DNA of 64,000 bases, from assembly GCA_019752595.1 (NCBI GenBank), contig JAIELV010000001.1, positions 312,486-376,485 of the forward strand, read 5' to 3'. Shown one piece after another: positions 28,740 to 36,473 of the stretch. Positions within the stretch are counted from its first letter, which is position 1. The number at the start of each line of letters is the position of its first letter. The notes under the pieces are model-generated. The model did no database searches. It was not told the origin of the DNA and saw only the letters and a list, made by a program, of their open reading frames with translations. The translations under genes and the position numbers were made by a program. This DNA is from Patescibacteria group bacterium. Its GTDB lineage: Bacteria > Patescibacteriota > Minisyncoccia > Phycocordibacterales > Phycocordibacteraceae.

Positions 28740-28765
28740 CTGATATGATATATCATATCAGTTAT
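28736..28765. repeat. 30-bp perfect palindrome (CTGATATGATATATCATATCAG core)
   Basis: ATAACTGATATGATA|TATCATATCAGTTAT, overlapping the miaA stop. Confidence 0.85.
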
Positions 28766-28839
28766 TACGTATTAGGTTACTCTTCTTTAGAGCACGGTGG
28801 TTGCGAAACGACACTGTATAATGCAGAATTCGCAAGAAC

Positions 28840-28910
28840 GGGCGATTAGTTTAATGGTAGAACGGAGGTCTCCAAAACCTCTGGCGGGGGTTCGATTCCC
28901 TCATCGCCCG
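28840..28910 (+). tRNA. tRNA-Trp(CCA)
   Basis: GGGCGAT/ATCGCCC acceptor, GAGGT-CTCCAAA-ACCTC anticodon arm. Confidence 0.95.
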
Positions 28911-29059
28911 CAATGATTCATGAGCACAGCTGGGGGCTGTGTGAATGAAACATCATTGCGAGGATGATGCGGAATCGAAGCCCGGAGCGCTGGCGCGAGG
29001 GCGGGCTGTCTGATTTTTCAGCAGGAAAATACAGATAGCCGATTCCCTCATCGCCCGCA
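28911..29059 (+). mobile_element. tRNA-Trp 3' satellite element
   Basis: 20-bp direct repeat 28893..28912 = 29040..29059; degenerate antisense copy at 28957..28979; two-hairpin core. Confidence 0.7.
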
Positions 29060-29069
29060 TTCGAGTTTT

Positions 29070-29096
29070 AAAAAAGCCCCTCTTCGGGGCTTTTTG
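29070..29096. terminator. Bidirectional terminator
   Basis: AAAAAGCCCC-TCTTC-GGGGCTTTTT between the tRNA-Trp locus and rpmG. Confidence 0.8.
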
Positions 29097-29252
29097 TTAT
29101 TTCTTCGTTTCTTTGAAGACTTCGCGTTTCCGAGTCTTCGGATTGTATTTCTTGAGAGAAAGTTTCGCATTCGCAAGCTTCTTCTTATTCTTTCTCGACC
29201 ACACAATATGGCCCGAGGCAGACTTCAGTTTTACGAGATTATCCTGTGACAT
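29097..29252 (-). CDS. rpmG: 50S ribosomal protein L33 (Cys-free form; not in the supplied ORF track)
   Basis: Manual translation: MSQDNLVKLKSASGHIVWSRKNKKKLANAKLSLKKYNPKTRKREVFKETKK. Confidence 0.92.
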   Translation of the reverse strand: MSQDNLVKLKSASGHIVWSRKNKKKLANAKLSLKKYNPKTRKREVFKETKK

Positions 29253-29285
29253 AGTGAATGACTATAGCTGAAAACGTGAATAGGG

Positions 29286-29837
29286 TCAAATCTCTCGTAA
29301 TACAACACTTCCAGTGCAAAAACTAAACCCAAGATTTTGACCAAAATAATCTGCATCAACACTCATCGGCACCGTAACGGAATATATAAGGTCGCACGCC
29401 TCTTCCTTGCTGATTTTAAAGCGCGCAAGTAAGTCATCTTCAGCCATACGCCTCGTTTTTCCTATAGGCTGTTCAAACAGTGTGACGGTCAAACTCTTGT
29501 CGGTGTCGAGGTAATACATGCTGTACGGCGTAGAACTGCCGACGTCCCCATTTTGCGTAAGCTCATAATATCCAGGAGCGACGCTCGTATCGACAGATGC
29601 AACCTTGCGCACTTCGCCAGAGAACTTCTTCATCGCTTCGTTTTCTACAACCGCAACTGGCTTTGTTCCTCCTCCGCCTGATGTACCTGAAGTTCCGAAC
29701 GGGTCAACAATAGTAGAAGGTGTTTGCCCTTCTCCTCCGCTATCGCTACTCAAAAGCGGTAAAAAGAAATAGAGGAAAACGCCACCACCTACTATGAGGG
29801 CGATAACGATTCCGAGCATGGTGTATCTTAAATCCAT
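29286..29837 (-). CDS. Membrane-anchored hypothetical protein
   Basis: N-terminal TM, Gly/Ser linker, C-terminal Cys pair. Confidence 0.75.
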   Translation of the reverse strand: MDLRYTMLGIVIALIVGGGVFLYFFLPLLSSDSGGEGQTPSTIVDPFGTSGTSGGGGTKPVAVVENEAMKKFSGEVRKVASVDTSVAPGYYELTQNGDVGSSTPYSMYYLDTDKSLTVTLFEQPIGKTRRMAEDDLLARFKISKEEACDLIYSVTVPMSVDADYFGQNLGFSFCTGSVVLREI

Positions 29838-29849
29838 ATTTTTATTTTA

Positions 29850-30803
29850 CTATCGAATACCGCATGTTCGAGCTGCAGTCCAATCGGTGCTGAAGTTTCT
29901 ACCTGCTGCGCCCCAAATCTGCTGGGCGGTTGCGATGTTGCATGCAGCAACTTCAAGTGACTGTTTACACCTATTGTACACATCTTCGTTAACAATTAAC
30001 TTTTGGTTCGAATTGCACCTCTCGGCATTGTTCGGGCATGCAAACGCACTTGGGCATTCATGAACTCCTCGGCCGCTCGGCGTACATTCGGGTGCAGTTA
30101 AGCGGTGCACTGTTGCATTTATCTGAAATAACCCAAAGCTAAATAGTCTTCTTTGTGGGTCATTCACGAGTATGTCAGTACGGCGCGTTGGTCTATTCGC
30201 AGCACCGCTTTCTGCCAAACAAACCGCAGCCGCTTGGTTTGCTTGGTCTCCGAAACCACCCATACTGCTTACGCTGCAAAGCCCATTTGTTGGTGAATTG
30301 CATTGGCGTGTTCCCGTCCCAGTTGCTCCAGCCCCTCCCTGTACGGGCCTCGGCGGAAGACTGGCACCTCGCGGATAGCTCAGACACTGAATATCCCTGG
30401 ATAATGCCCACGTACCTCCTGTAATGGTTTGCATCAAAATATCAACCACGAGCCACGCTGCAAGAATAAGCACAATACCGCCCAAAGTTTTAGTGAAAAT
30501 GCCGTGCGCTTTCTTTATGTTTTCAGGCGAAGAGGCTGCGGTGTAATACATGAACCCCGCATACGCAAACAGAAGTGTTGCCGCTATGACGGAGAAGGCA
30601 ATCGAGAAGTTTATAAGGTTCCTTGCGAGCGACACCAAATCGCATAACTGACACGCACCAATAAAGCCGCCGTTCTGAGAGGCAAAACATGTAGGAACTA
30701 ACGGCCCATCTAAAGGTCCTGCGAGCGCGGGCTCTGGAAGTGCGAAGCTGAAAACAAAGGCGAGAAACAGCGCGGAGAGAACCGCCACCTGTACTAACTT
30801 CAT
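29850..30803 (-). CDS. VirB2/TrbC-like pilin domain fused to a Cys-rich lytic transglycosylase-like domain
   Basis: Pilin pattern FAYAGFMYYTA...IKKAH......GIVLILAAWLVV, then AESG...SFGLFQIN...CNIATAQQIW. Confidence 0.7.
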   Translation of the reverse strand: MKLVQVAVLSALFLAFVFSFALPEPALAGPLDGPLVPTCFASQNGGFIGACQLCDLVSLARNLINFSIAFSVIAATLLFAYAGFMYYTAASSPENIKKAHGIFTKTLGGIVLILAAWLVVDILMQTITGGTWALSRDIQCLSYPRGASLPPRPVQGGAGATGTGTRQCNSPTNGLCSVSSMGGFGDQANQAAAVCLAESGAANRPTRRTDILVNDPQRRLFSFGLFQINATVHRLTAPECTPSGRGVHECPSAFACPNNAERCNSNQKLIVNEDVYNRCKQSLEVAACNIATAQQIWGAAGRNFSTDWTAARTCGIR

Positions 30804-30861
30804 TCCTGGATTATACCCTAGCGAAATGTTGGGCGTGTGCAAAGCGGGGTATATTTGATAG

Positions 30862-31677
30862 ATGTCTGAGCAGTACGACGACCTTACCCCAGAAGAACGG
30901 GGAGCAAAACGCCGAGAAATAGCGGACAACCGCCAGGCAAGAGCCCAGGGTGGGAATGAACTAGCGCACCTAGCACCGCGCTCTTCTGATGTTACATACC
31001 GCGTGGATGATTCAAGTGGTGTTTCGATACTCCTGTTGGCAGCCTTCTTTGATATTCTCTCGTTTTTGCCAGTTTTGAACATGGTTGTAACTCCCGTCTC
31101 GCAGATTTTTATTTTTCCTCTTGTTTTCTTTTTTCACAATATTTCCGTCGTCGGGAAAAAAAATTGGATATGGTATTTGCTCGCCTGGGTGATTGAAATG
31201 ATTCCGTTTGTCAGCATGTTCCCTACCATTACTCTTATGGCATTTCGCATCATCGCGATCTCGCGTATAGAGGACAAGCTCGGAGCATTAAACCTCGTCG
31301 CAAATACTCGGCAAGCAAAAGCAGCTGCACGGCTAACGATGCAAAAAGGAAGGCAAGCAATTGCAGATCAAGAAAGGCGTGCAGTTGAAAAAGCTGGGCA
31401 AAGAAAAGATGGTACGAAAGATGCAGATAAATCTAAAGAAAAACAAGGAAGGATTACCGACCGACGAGCTGATTTGAACAAATCACTCTCAGGAATGAAA
31501 TCAGGTAAGAATGATGAGTATATGAACTACGCAACAGGAGAAGATGCGAAAAAACCAAGGTGGCAAGGCACGCCTGGCAACAGAGGAATGTTTCAAGGTG
31601 ATCAAAAAATGCGCGGAGCACCACCGCAAAGCGCTCCCGCGAGCGACAATTTTTCAGGCGTCGACAGAGACGAGTAA
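30862..31677 (+). CDS. Membrane protein with charged C-terminal tail
   Basis: Hydrophobic core with FDILS and IEMIPFVSMFP motifs. Confidence 0.7.
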   Translation: MSEQYDDLTPEERGAKRREIADNRQARAQGGNELAHLAPRSSDVTYRVDDSSGVSILLLAAFFDILSFLPVLNMVVTPVSQIFIFPLVFFFHNISVVGKKNWIWYLLAWVIEMIPFVSMFPTITLMAFRIIAISRIEDKLGALNLVANTRQAKAAARLTMQKGRQAIADQERRAVEKAGQRKDGTKDADKSKEKQGRITDRRADLNKSLSGMKSGKNDEYMNYATGEDAKKPRWQGTPGNRGMFQGDQKMRGAPPQSAPASDNFSGVDRDE

Positions 31678-31693
31678 GGTAGCTGTCTATTTT

Positions 31694-32455
31694 CTAGGCA
31701 GGCTCTACTAAGAACGTACGTGATTTGCGGTTGTACGACGGAATGGGCTCTGCCTTCAGATGCGGATTCGCTCTCAAGAATTCATTAAACGACTTGTATT
31801 CGCCTTCGCCCTGCAAGTCGAGATCGTTCAACTTCCAATCGTCAAAACAGATAATGGTCGGCTTGGTTATAAATGGACCCACGAAATCCAATACGCTTTT
31901 GGATGAGCTGTATGTGTCACAATCCACGAATACGATTCCAGGATTGTCGATTCCGCACACCTCTGCCGTTTCGGGCGTTAATGTTTCTTGGAAAAGCCCT
32001 TTTACCCACTGAATTTTGTGCGGGTCAATGCCGCGCCGTATAAGACTTTGTTCCATTTCCTCGAACGAACACTTATAGTCTCCGCGCCTCCACACACCAC
32101 CATCCTCGTTTTCTGAACCTTCAGGAAGGCCTTCAAAAGAATCGAAGCCAATAAGAGGCATGCCGACGCCAGCCTTCTCCCGCGCAAGATACATGCTTCC
32201 TATAGAACTTCCGTTAAAAACTCCAAACTCCAGATATTGACCTACATCGCCATCGCGCAAAGCACCCAGAGTTTCGATGCAGTTTCCAAAGAAAGAGATA
32301 AGTTTCTCGGGCGGAACAAGATGCACCTCTGAAACACTTTCAACAGGCAGAGGCCCTTGCGTCCACGGTGAGCGCGGTACGGGACGCACAGCTCGATAGA
32401 CTTTCTTCAATGCTCTTTGAATCGGACTATATTCAAACGGTGATTTTTCTCTCAT
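31694..32455 (-). CDS. TylF/MycF/NovP-family O-methyltransferase
   Basis: YLEFGVFNGSS, GFDSFEGLP, VKGLFQETL, VDCDTYSS, FDDW. Confidence 0.9.
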   Translation of the reverse strand: MREKSPFEYSPIQRALKKVYRAVRPVPRSPWTQGPLPVESVSEVHLVPPEKLISFFGNCIETLGALRDGDVGQYLEFGVFNGSSIGSMYLAREKAGVGMPLIGFDSFEGLPEGSENEDGGVWRRGDYKCSFEEMEQSLIRRGIDPHKIQWVKGLFQETLTPETAEVCGIDNPGIVFVDCDTYSSSKSVLDFVGPFITKPTIICFDDWKLNDLDLQGEGEYKSFNEFLRANPHLKAEPIPSYNRKSRTFLVEPA

Positions 32456-32458
32456 AAT

Positions 32459-33331
32459 TTATTCGGGCTTTCTCGACATTGATGCTTCGTTTACGTGGTC
32501 CCAGACACCATCTTGCTGAAGGTCGGTAAATAAATCGCCTATAGCGATCCCGTGTTCTTTGAGTACAGAATTTGAGTGGAAACGTATTTGCTTTCTGGTC
32601 TGCATATGTAACCTCACGAAATCAGCTTCTTTTGTAATCACCACGTCAACCGAGGGACTATAACGACCGAAAGCTTCAGGGAAAAATGGACTTCGTACGA
32701 TACCAAAAGAGTTTCGGTTTCCTCTTGTTTTTAAGACCTCTGGACGACGGTCTGCGTAAAATATTGCACTCCCCGCAGTCAATTTCACAAGCGGTACTAT
32801 TTCAGTTGGAGAAATAGGATGCACCAACATTATTTGTGGGCTTTTTGCACCTGCTTTTTTGAATGTACGAATACTTTTTTCTATCCATTCGGCTACATGC
32901 GTAGCCTCACGAGGAAAGGAAGTTCCGCTCTCTTCCATTGAAGCAGCCAAACTTTTACCCGTTAACAGACTCCCAGCATTTTCACCTGTCATTTCATCAA
33001 TCATTGCCGCTCGTTGTTCTGGCTTGAGACGAGCAAAATTGTATGGCATGAAACTGCCCAGACGAAACTCCAATTCGCCCGTAAGAATATCCGCCTGATA
33101 CGGAATCATTAGGTCCTTCAAATCTTTGTTGGACTTCGCTTTCTTGAGGACTTCGGGAGGCATGCGCAACTCGAGCGCGGTCGCTCTGCTGTCGGCGTGA
33201 AAATCTGCAAAACCATTTTTTATAAGCCGAATCCTCTCTCGGCGGTCTTTTGGCAAATCAATATGCAAAATAGAACCCTCTTTACGGCCTTTGGTCTCAA
33301 ATGGACATCTAAAGCGTTTCTCGTCAGCCAC
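32459..33331 (-). CDS. Hypothetical protein
   Basis: 290-aa ORF packed against the methyltransferase gene. Confidence 0.65.
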   Translation of the reverse strand: MADEKRFRCPFETKGRKEGSILHIDLPKDRRERIRLIKNGFADFHADSRATALELRMPPEVLKKAKSNKDLKDLMIPYQADILTGELEFRLGSFMPYNFARLKPEQRAAMIDEMTGENAGSLLTGKSLAASMEESGTSFPREATHVAEWIEKSIRTFKKAGAKSPQIMLVHPISPTEIVPLVKLTAGSAIFYADRRPEVLKTRGNRNSFGIVRSPFFPEAFGRYSPSVDVVITKEADFVRLHMQTRKQIRFHSNSVLKEHGIAIGDLFTDLQQDGVWDHVNEASMSRKPE

Positions 33332-33430
33332 AGAAAGTGAAAATACAACAGAAAATTGACCTTGTCAAAATTGGGTGCGCCCCGCCCGCCGCGAAAGGCC
33401 AAAAGGATTCGCGGCGGGACTCCCGCAAAA

Positions 33431-33892
33431 TCAAATCTTCTGATACTTCACGGACTTTCCAGTTTTTCCGACTTGCACAATTTTTCCTTCTTTCTCTAAC
33501 TGCGATAGATATCGCGTTGCTGTGGCATCCGAAACGCGGAGCAACTTTTCAACTTGGTTATTCGTTATAGAGCCCTTCTTCGTGATTTCAGTGAGAATCT
33601 TGTCTAGTTTTACTCGCTTGCGGTTTTGTATCACCACCCGCGCCCTCAGTGCCAAATCCCGCGCAAGGTTTACTATTGGCGTGATGATTGAAACTGGAGG
33701 CGGCGGAGCAGTTTGTGGCATCGGCTCAGGAGCGGGAGTCGACTTGTCCTGAGCGGAGTCGAAGGGCCCATTTGCTGGTATTTGAGCCGTTAGTGGTTCT
33801 GGCTGAGCCGTTTGGACTCCTGCAGGAATAGGGATCGGTTCAGATACAGGCGCGGAAGAACTTGAATCTGAAACGGGTGAATCGTCAGGCAT
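33431..33892 (-). CDS. Pro-rich protein with C-terminal winged HTH (DeoR-like)
   Basis: ITNNQVEKLLRVSDATATRYLSQLEKEGKI...G...Y. Confidence 0.75.
   Translation of the reverse strand: MPDDSPVSDSSSSAPVSEPIPIPAGVQTAQPEPLTAQIPANGPFDSAQDKSTPAPEPMPQTAPPPPVSIITPIVNLARDLALRARVVIQNRKRVKLDKILTEITKKGSITNNQVEKLLRVSDATATRYLSQLEKEGKIVQVGKTGKSVKYQKI
33743..33766. repeat. REP-like unit CTTGTCCTGAGCGGAGTCGAAGGG, in-frame in a CDS
   Basis: 24 nt encoding PFDSAQDK; single copy here, recognised as a repeat type from memory only. Confidence 0.5.
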
Positions 33893-33975
33893 GGCTCAAT
33901 TCTAATATGCCAAACGGCTCACATAGTCAGTGCATATATTCTTGCAAAAACTTGACAGATGTGGTATACTAGAAA

Positions 33976-34368
33976 CTAGTTGAACTTTAGGGAAAAATTG
34001 TACATTCCCATCGCGCATAACCCTTGTACTGTTGCGCCTACTTTTTGAGGAGGAATTTCTATATCGGTTGTTCCTGACGGAGGCAGGTTTTCTCTATAGC
34101 CGACAGCAGGAATAGTAAGTGCAGATGAACAGTCAAATGTTCCGTTTGTAGCTACACGAAGGATAGTTGGAATCCCCGCTTTCGCTTGTGTTTGTTGCGG
34201 TGCGTAACCGCCTTTCGCATCAATCTCAATAACCTGTTTCCCATTCTCCATGGTGACGTTGTTGTTTGAGAGTGGTTGGTTTGAAGCAGGACTGTTAGAC
34301 AGGAAAACTGCTCCGGCTATCAAAATTCCTGCAAAAACAATAGAAATAACTGTGGCATTCATTTTCAT
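33976..34368 (-). CDS. Cupredoxin-like domain protein
   Basis: GGYAP, FDCSSAL, CAMGMY. Confidence 0.85.
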   Translation of the reverse strand: MKMNATVISIVFAGILIAGAVFLSNSPASNQPLSNNNVTMENGKQVIEIDAKGGYAPQQTQAKAGIPTILRVATNGTFDCSSALTIPAVGYRENLPPSGTTDIEIPPQKVGATVQGLCAMGMYNFSLKFN

Positions 34369-34374
34369 ACTGTA

Positions 34375-35394
34375 CTAGAAATTAAACATAGGTGGGATTA
34401 AACCAATAATTACAAGGCTGTTTATGAGATTAAACAGAGCGAAGAAGATGACGACAAGCCCCGCGGTTTTGAAGAAAACGCCAGACTTTGCTTTATTCTG
34501 AATGCCGAGTGAGCTAAAACTAAGAAGCGCGAGTACGGGCAACGTGCCGAGAGCGAACACGAACATAGTCGTTGCGCCTCCCCAGAAGCTTCCCGTTGTG
34601 AGCGAATAAATCTGCATGGACTGCGTAAATCCGCATGGAAGAAAGAAGGTCAAAACTCCCAAAAGAACCGGGGTGAGCGTATGGTTAAGTTTTTTTACTT
34701 CAAGCAAATGGTTTGATATGAATTTGGGCAAGGTTGGTTGCAGTTTTTTCGCCCACGGAAATACATCGAGAAGATTAATACCTAAGATAAGCATCACAAA
34801 CGCAACAACGAAGCTCATCACAAAGGTTCCAGTTGCTCCAAGCTGAAATGCAGACCCAAGAGTGCCGATCAGGCCTCCAAGGATAAAGAACGAAACAAGC
34901 CGTCCGATATGGAACAAGATTTGCGGCTTCACTGCGTCGCCTTCCTTCGCGAAATTCGCTGACACCGAAAGCACCAAACTTCCTACAACAGCCATGCATG
35001 TAGATACTGATGCAATTGCTCCTATCAAAAATGCTGTTCCGTAACTAACGTTCCCGCTTGAAATTAGATTCACAAGTCCCAATTTTTGAAGAATCACAAA
35101 AAGCGCCATGAAGCCCAGAGCGACGGGAAGTGCGATTTTAAAGTCCGACCATTGCACGCCCTTTTGTTCTTTTACAGTGGAAAGCTTATAGCCATGTGGC
35201 TCCATTACTTTTGAAAGCTCGGCGGCTACGTCCTCTGCCTCTCTTTCGCCAAAGTTCCCCTGTACCTCAACGCAACAGGTTTTTAAATCGGCGGCCGCAC
35301 TCTCCACAAGAGCGTGATCCTTGAGTTCAGTTTCAGTTAAAACCACACATGCGTTGCAGTGCATCCCGTGGACATGAAATGTGTATGTTTTCAT
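34375..35394 (-). CDS. HMA domain plus DsbD_2/TauE-like membrane protein
   Basis: GMHCNAC, STCMAVVG, FHIGRL, LPCGFTQ, FALGTLP. Confidence 0.88.
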   Translation of the reverse strand: MKTYTFHVHGMHCNACVVLTETELKDHALVESAAADLKTCCVEVQGNFGEREAEDVAAELSKVMEPHGYKLSTVKEQKGVQWSDFKIALPVALGFMALFVILQKLGLVNLISSGNVSYGTAFLIGAIASVSTCMAVVGSLVLSVSANFAKEGDAVKPQILFHIGRLVSFFILGGLIGTLGSAFQLGATGTFVMSFVVAFVMLILGINLLDVFPWAKKLQPTLPKFISNHLLEVKKLNHTLTPVLLGVLTFFLPCGFTQSMQIYSLTTGSFWGGATTMFVFALGTLPVLALLSFSSLGIQNKAKSGVFFKTAGLVVIFFALFNLINSLVIIGLIPPMFNF

Positions 35395-35397
35395 ATG

Positions 35398-36066
35398 CTA
35401 TGTCGTTTTTATGGAAATCGTCTGCCAAGATTGCCATGCGATTCTCATGATAAGCGCCGTGATTATTAAACCAATAAATGGGTCTGCGATAGATATACCT
35501 AAAGCCACGAGAATAGCACTCGCGACGACACCGAGGCTCGTAAGCGCATCAACGCGCGCGTGACTGCCGTCTGCGATAAGTGCGGGACTATTTAATTTTT
35601 TACCTGCTCTGGTGCGGATAATGGCAGCCAACTCATTCCCCAGAAAACCAATAACCCCTGCAACGCCAAGCACCCACAAATGCGTCGGAGTTTCAGGAAG
35701 AAAAAACCGCTGGATAGATTCATAGCCTGCAACGAGTGCGCTCACGAGTACCAAAAATACAACAAAGTACCCAGCCCACTTTTCCCCTCGTACACTTCGG
35801 AAGAAAAATGCCAACCCCAGGGGAATGGCAGTCAATGCATCACCAAAGTTATGAATTAAGTCCGCCAGAAGCGCGACACTATTGCTATACATAAAAATGC
35901 CGAACTGGAGTCCTGCCGTTATGAAAAGTACGAGCAAGCTCAGGGCCACCGCCCTTACTCCCTCTTGCGACCGAACAATACTTGCGTCAACGAGACCATG
36001 CGTGTGACCGTGCCCCTCCACATGTTCGTGATGATGATGTTCTGCTTCAGGTTTGTGATTGTGCAT
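35398..36066 (-). CDS. Cation diffusion facilitator transporter (no C-terminal domain)
   Basis: His-rich N-terminus, SVALLADLIHNFGD, SPALIADGSHARVD. Confidence 0.9.
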   Translation of the reverse strand: MHNHKPEAEHHHHEHVEGHGHTHGLVDASIVRSQEGVRAVALSLLVLFITAGLQFGIFMYSNSVALLADLIHNFGDALTAIPLGLAFFFRSVRGEKWAGYFVVFLVLVSALVAGYESIQRFFLPETPTHLWVLGVAGVIGFLGNELAAIIRTRAGKKLNSPALIADGSHARVDALTSLGVVASAILVALGISIADPFIGLIITALIMRIAWQSWQTISIKTT

Positions 36067-36068
36067 AC

Positions 36069-36473
36069 TTATTTTGATTTCATCAACTTCAGCCATTCTT
36101 TCCAGAAAAAGAATCCGAGTATGTAAAGGGGTATCGCCGTAACCAAACCGGGGTAATAACCGCCCATTGCGATTGCTTTATATGCATGATGCAACTCGTA
36201 CACAAATATAATTCCAGGAATGAGCATTAAACGAAACTGCCATTTTGGTCCTAGCAAAAGTAAATAACTGATTATGAGCGTCAGCCATAACATAATCTGA
36301 AAAAGTACGAACAAACCTTGCAGGGTTGGGAGATTCGCGAGCCATCCAAAGGCAAATGCGACATGCGAATCAATGGCATAGAAGCCGGTATATATTTCTT
36401 CCAAGCCGTGAGCTATAAAGAGTGGGGCTGAGAAAACGAAAAGTATCTTTAACCTATTTGAAATCATACTCAA
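36069..36473 (-). CDS. HXXEE domain membrane protein
   Basis: HGLEE, ELHH, YYPGLVTA. Confidence 0.8.
   Translation of the reverse strand: MSMISNRLKILFVFSAPLFIAHGLEEIYTGFYAIDSHVAFAFGWLANLPTLQGLFVLFQIMLWLTLIISYLLLLGPKWQFRLMLIPGIIFVYELHHAYKAIAMGGYYPGLVTAIPLYILGFFFWKEWLKLMKSK

Noticed and set aside
33374-33381. GGTGCGCC (and TGTGGTGCG at 44242..44250) as direct-repeat att sites for the tRNA-Tyr island
   Set aside because: Matches of 8-9 bp can arise by chance over this distance; kept only as a hint for the boundary.
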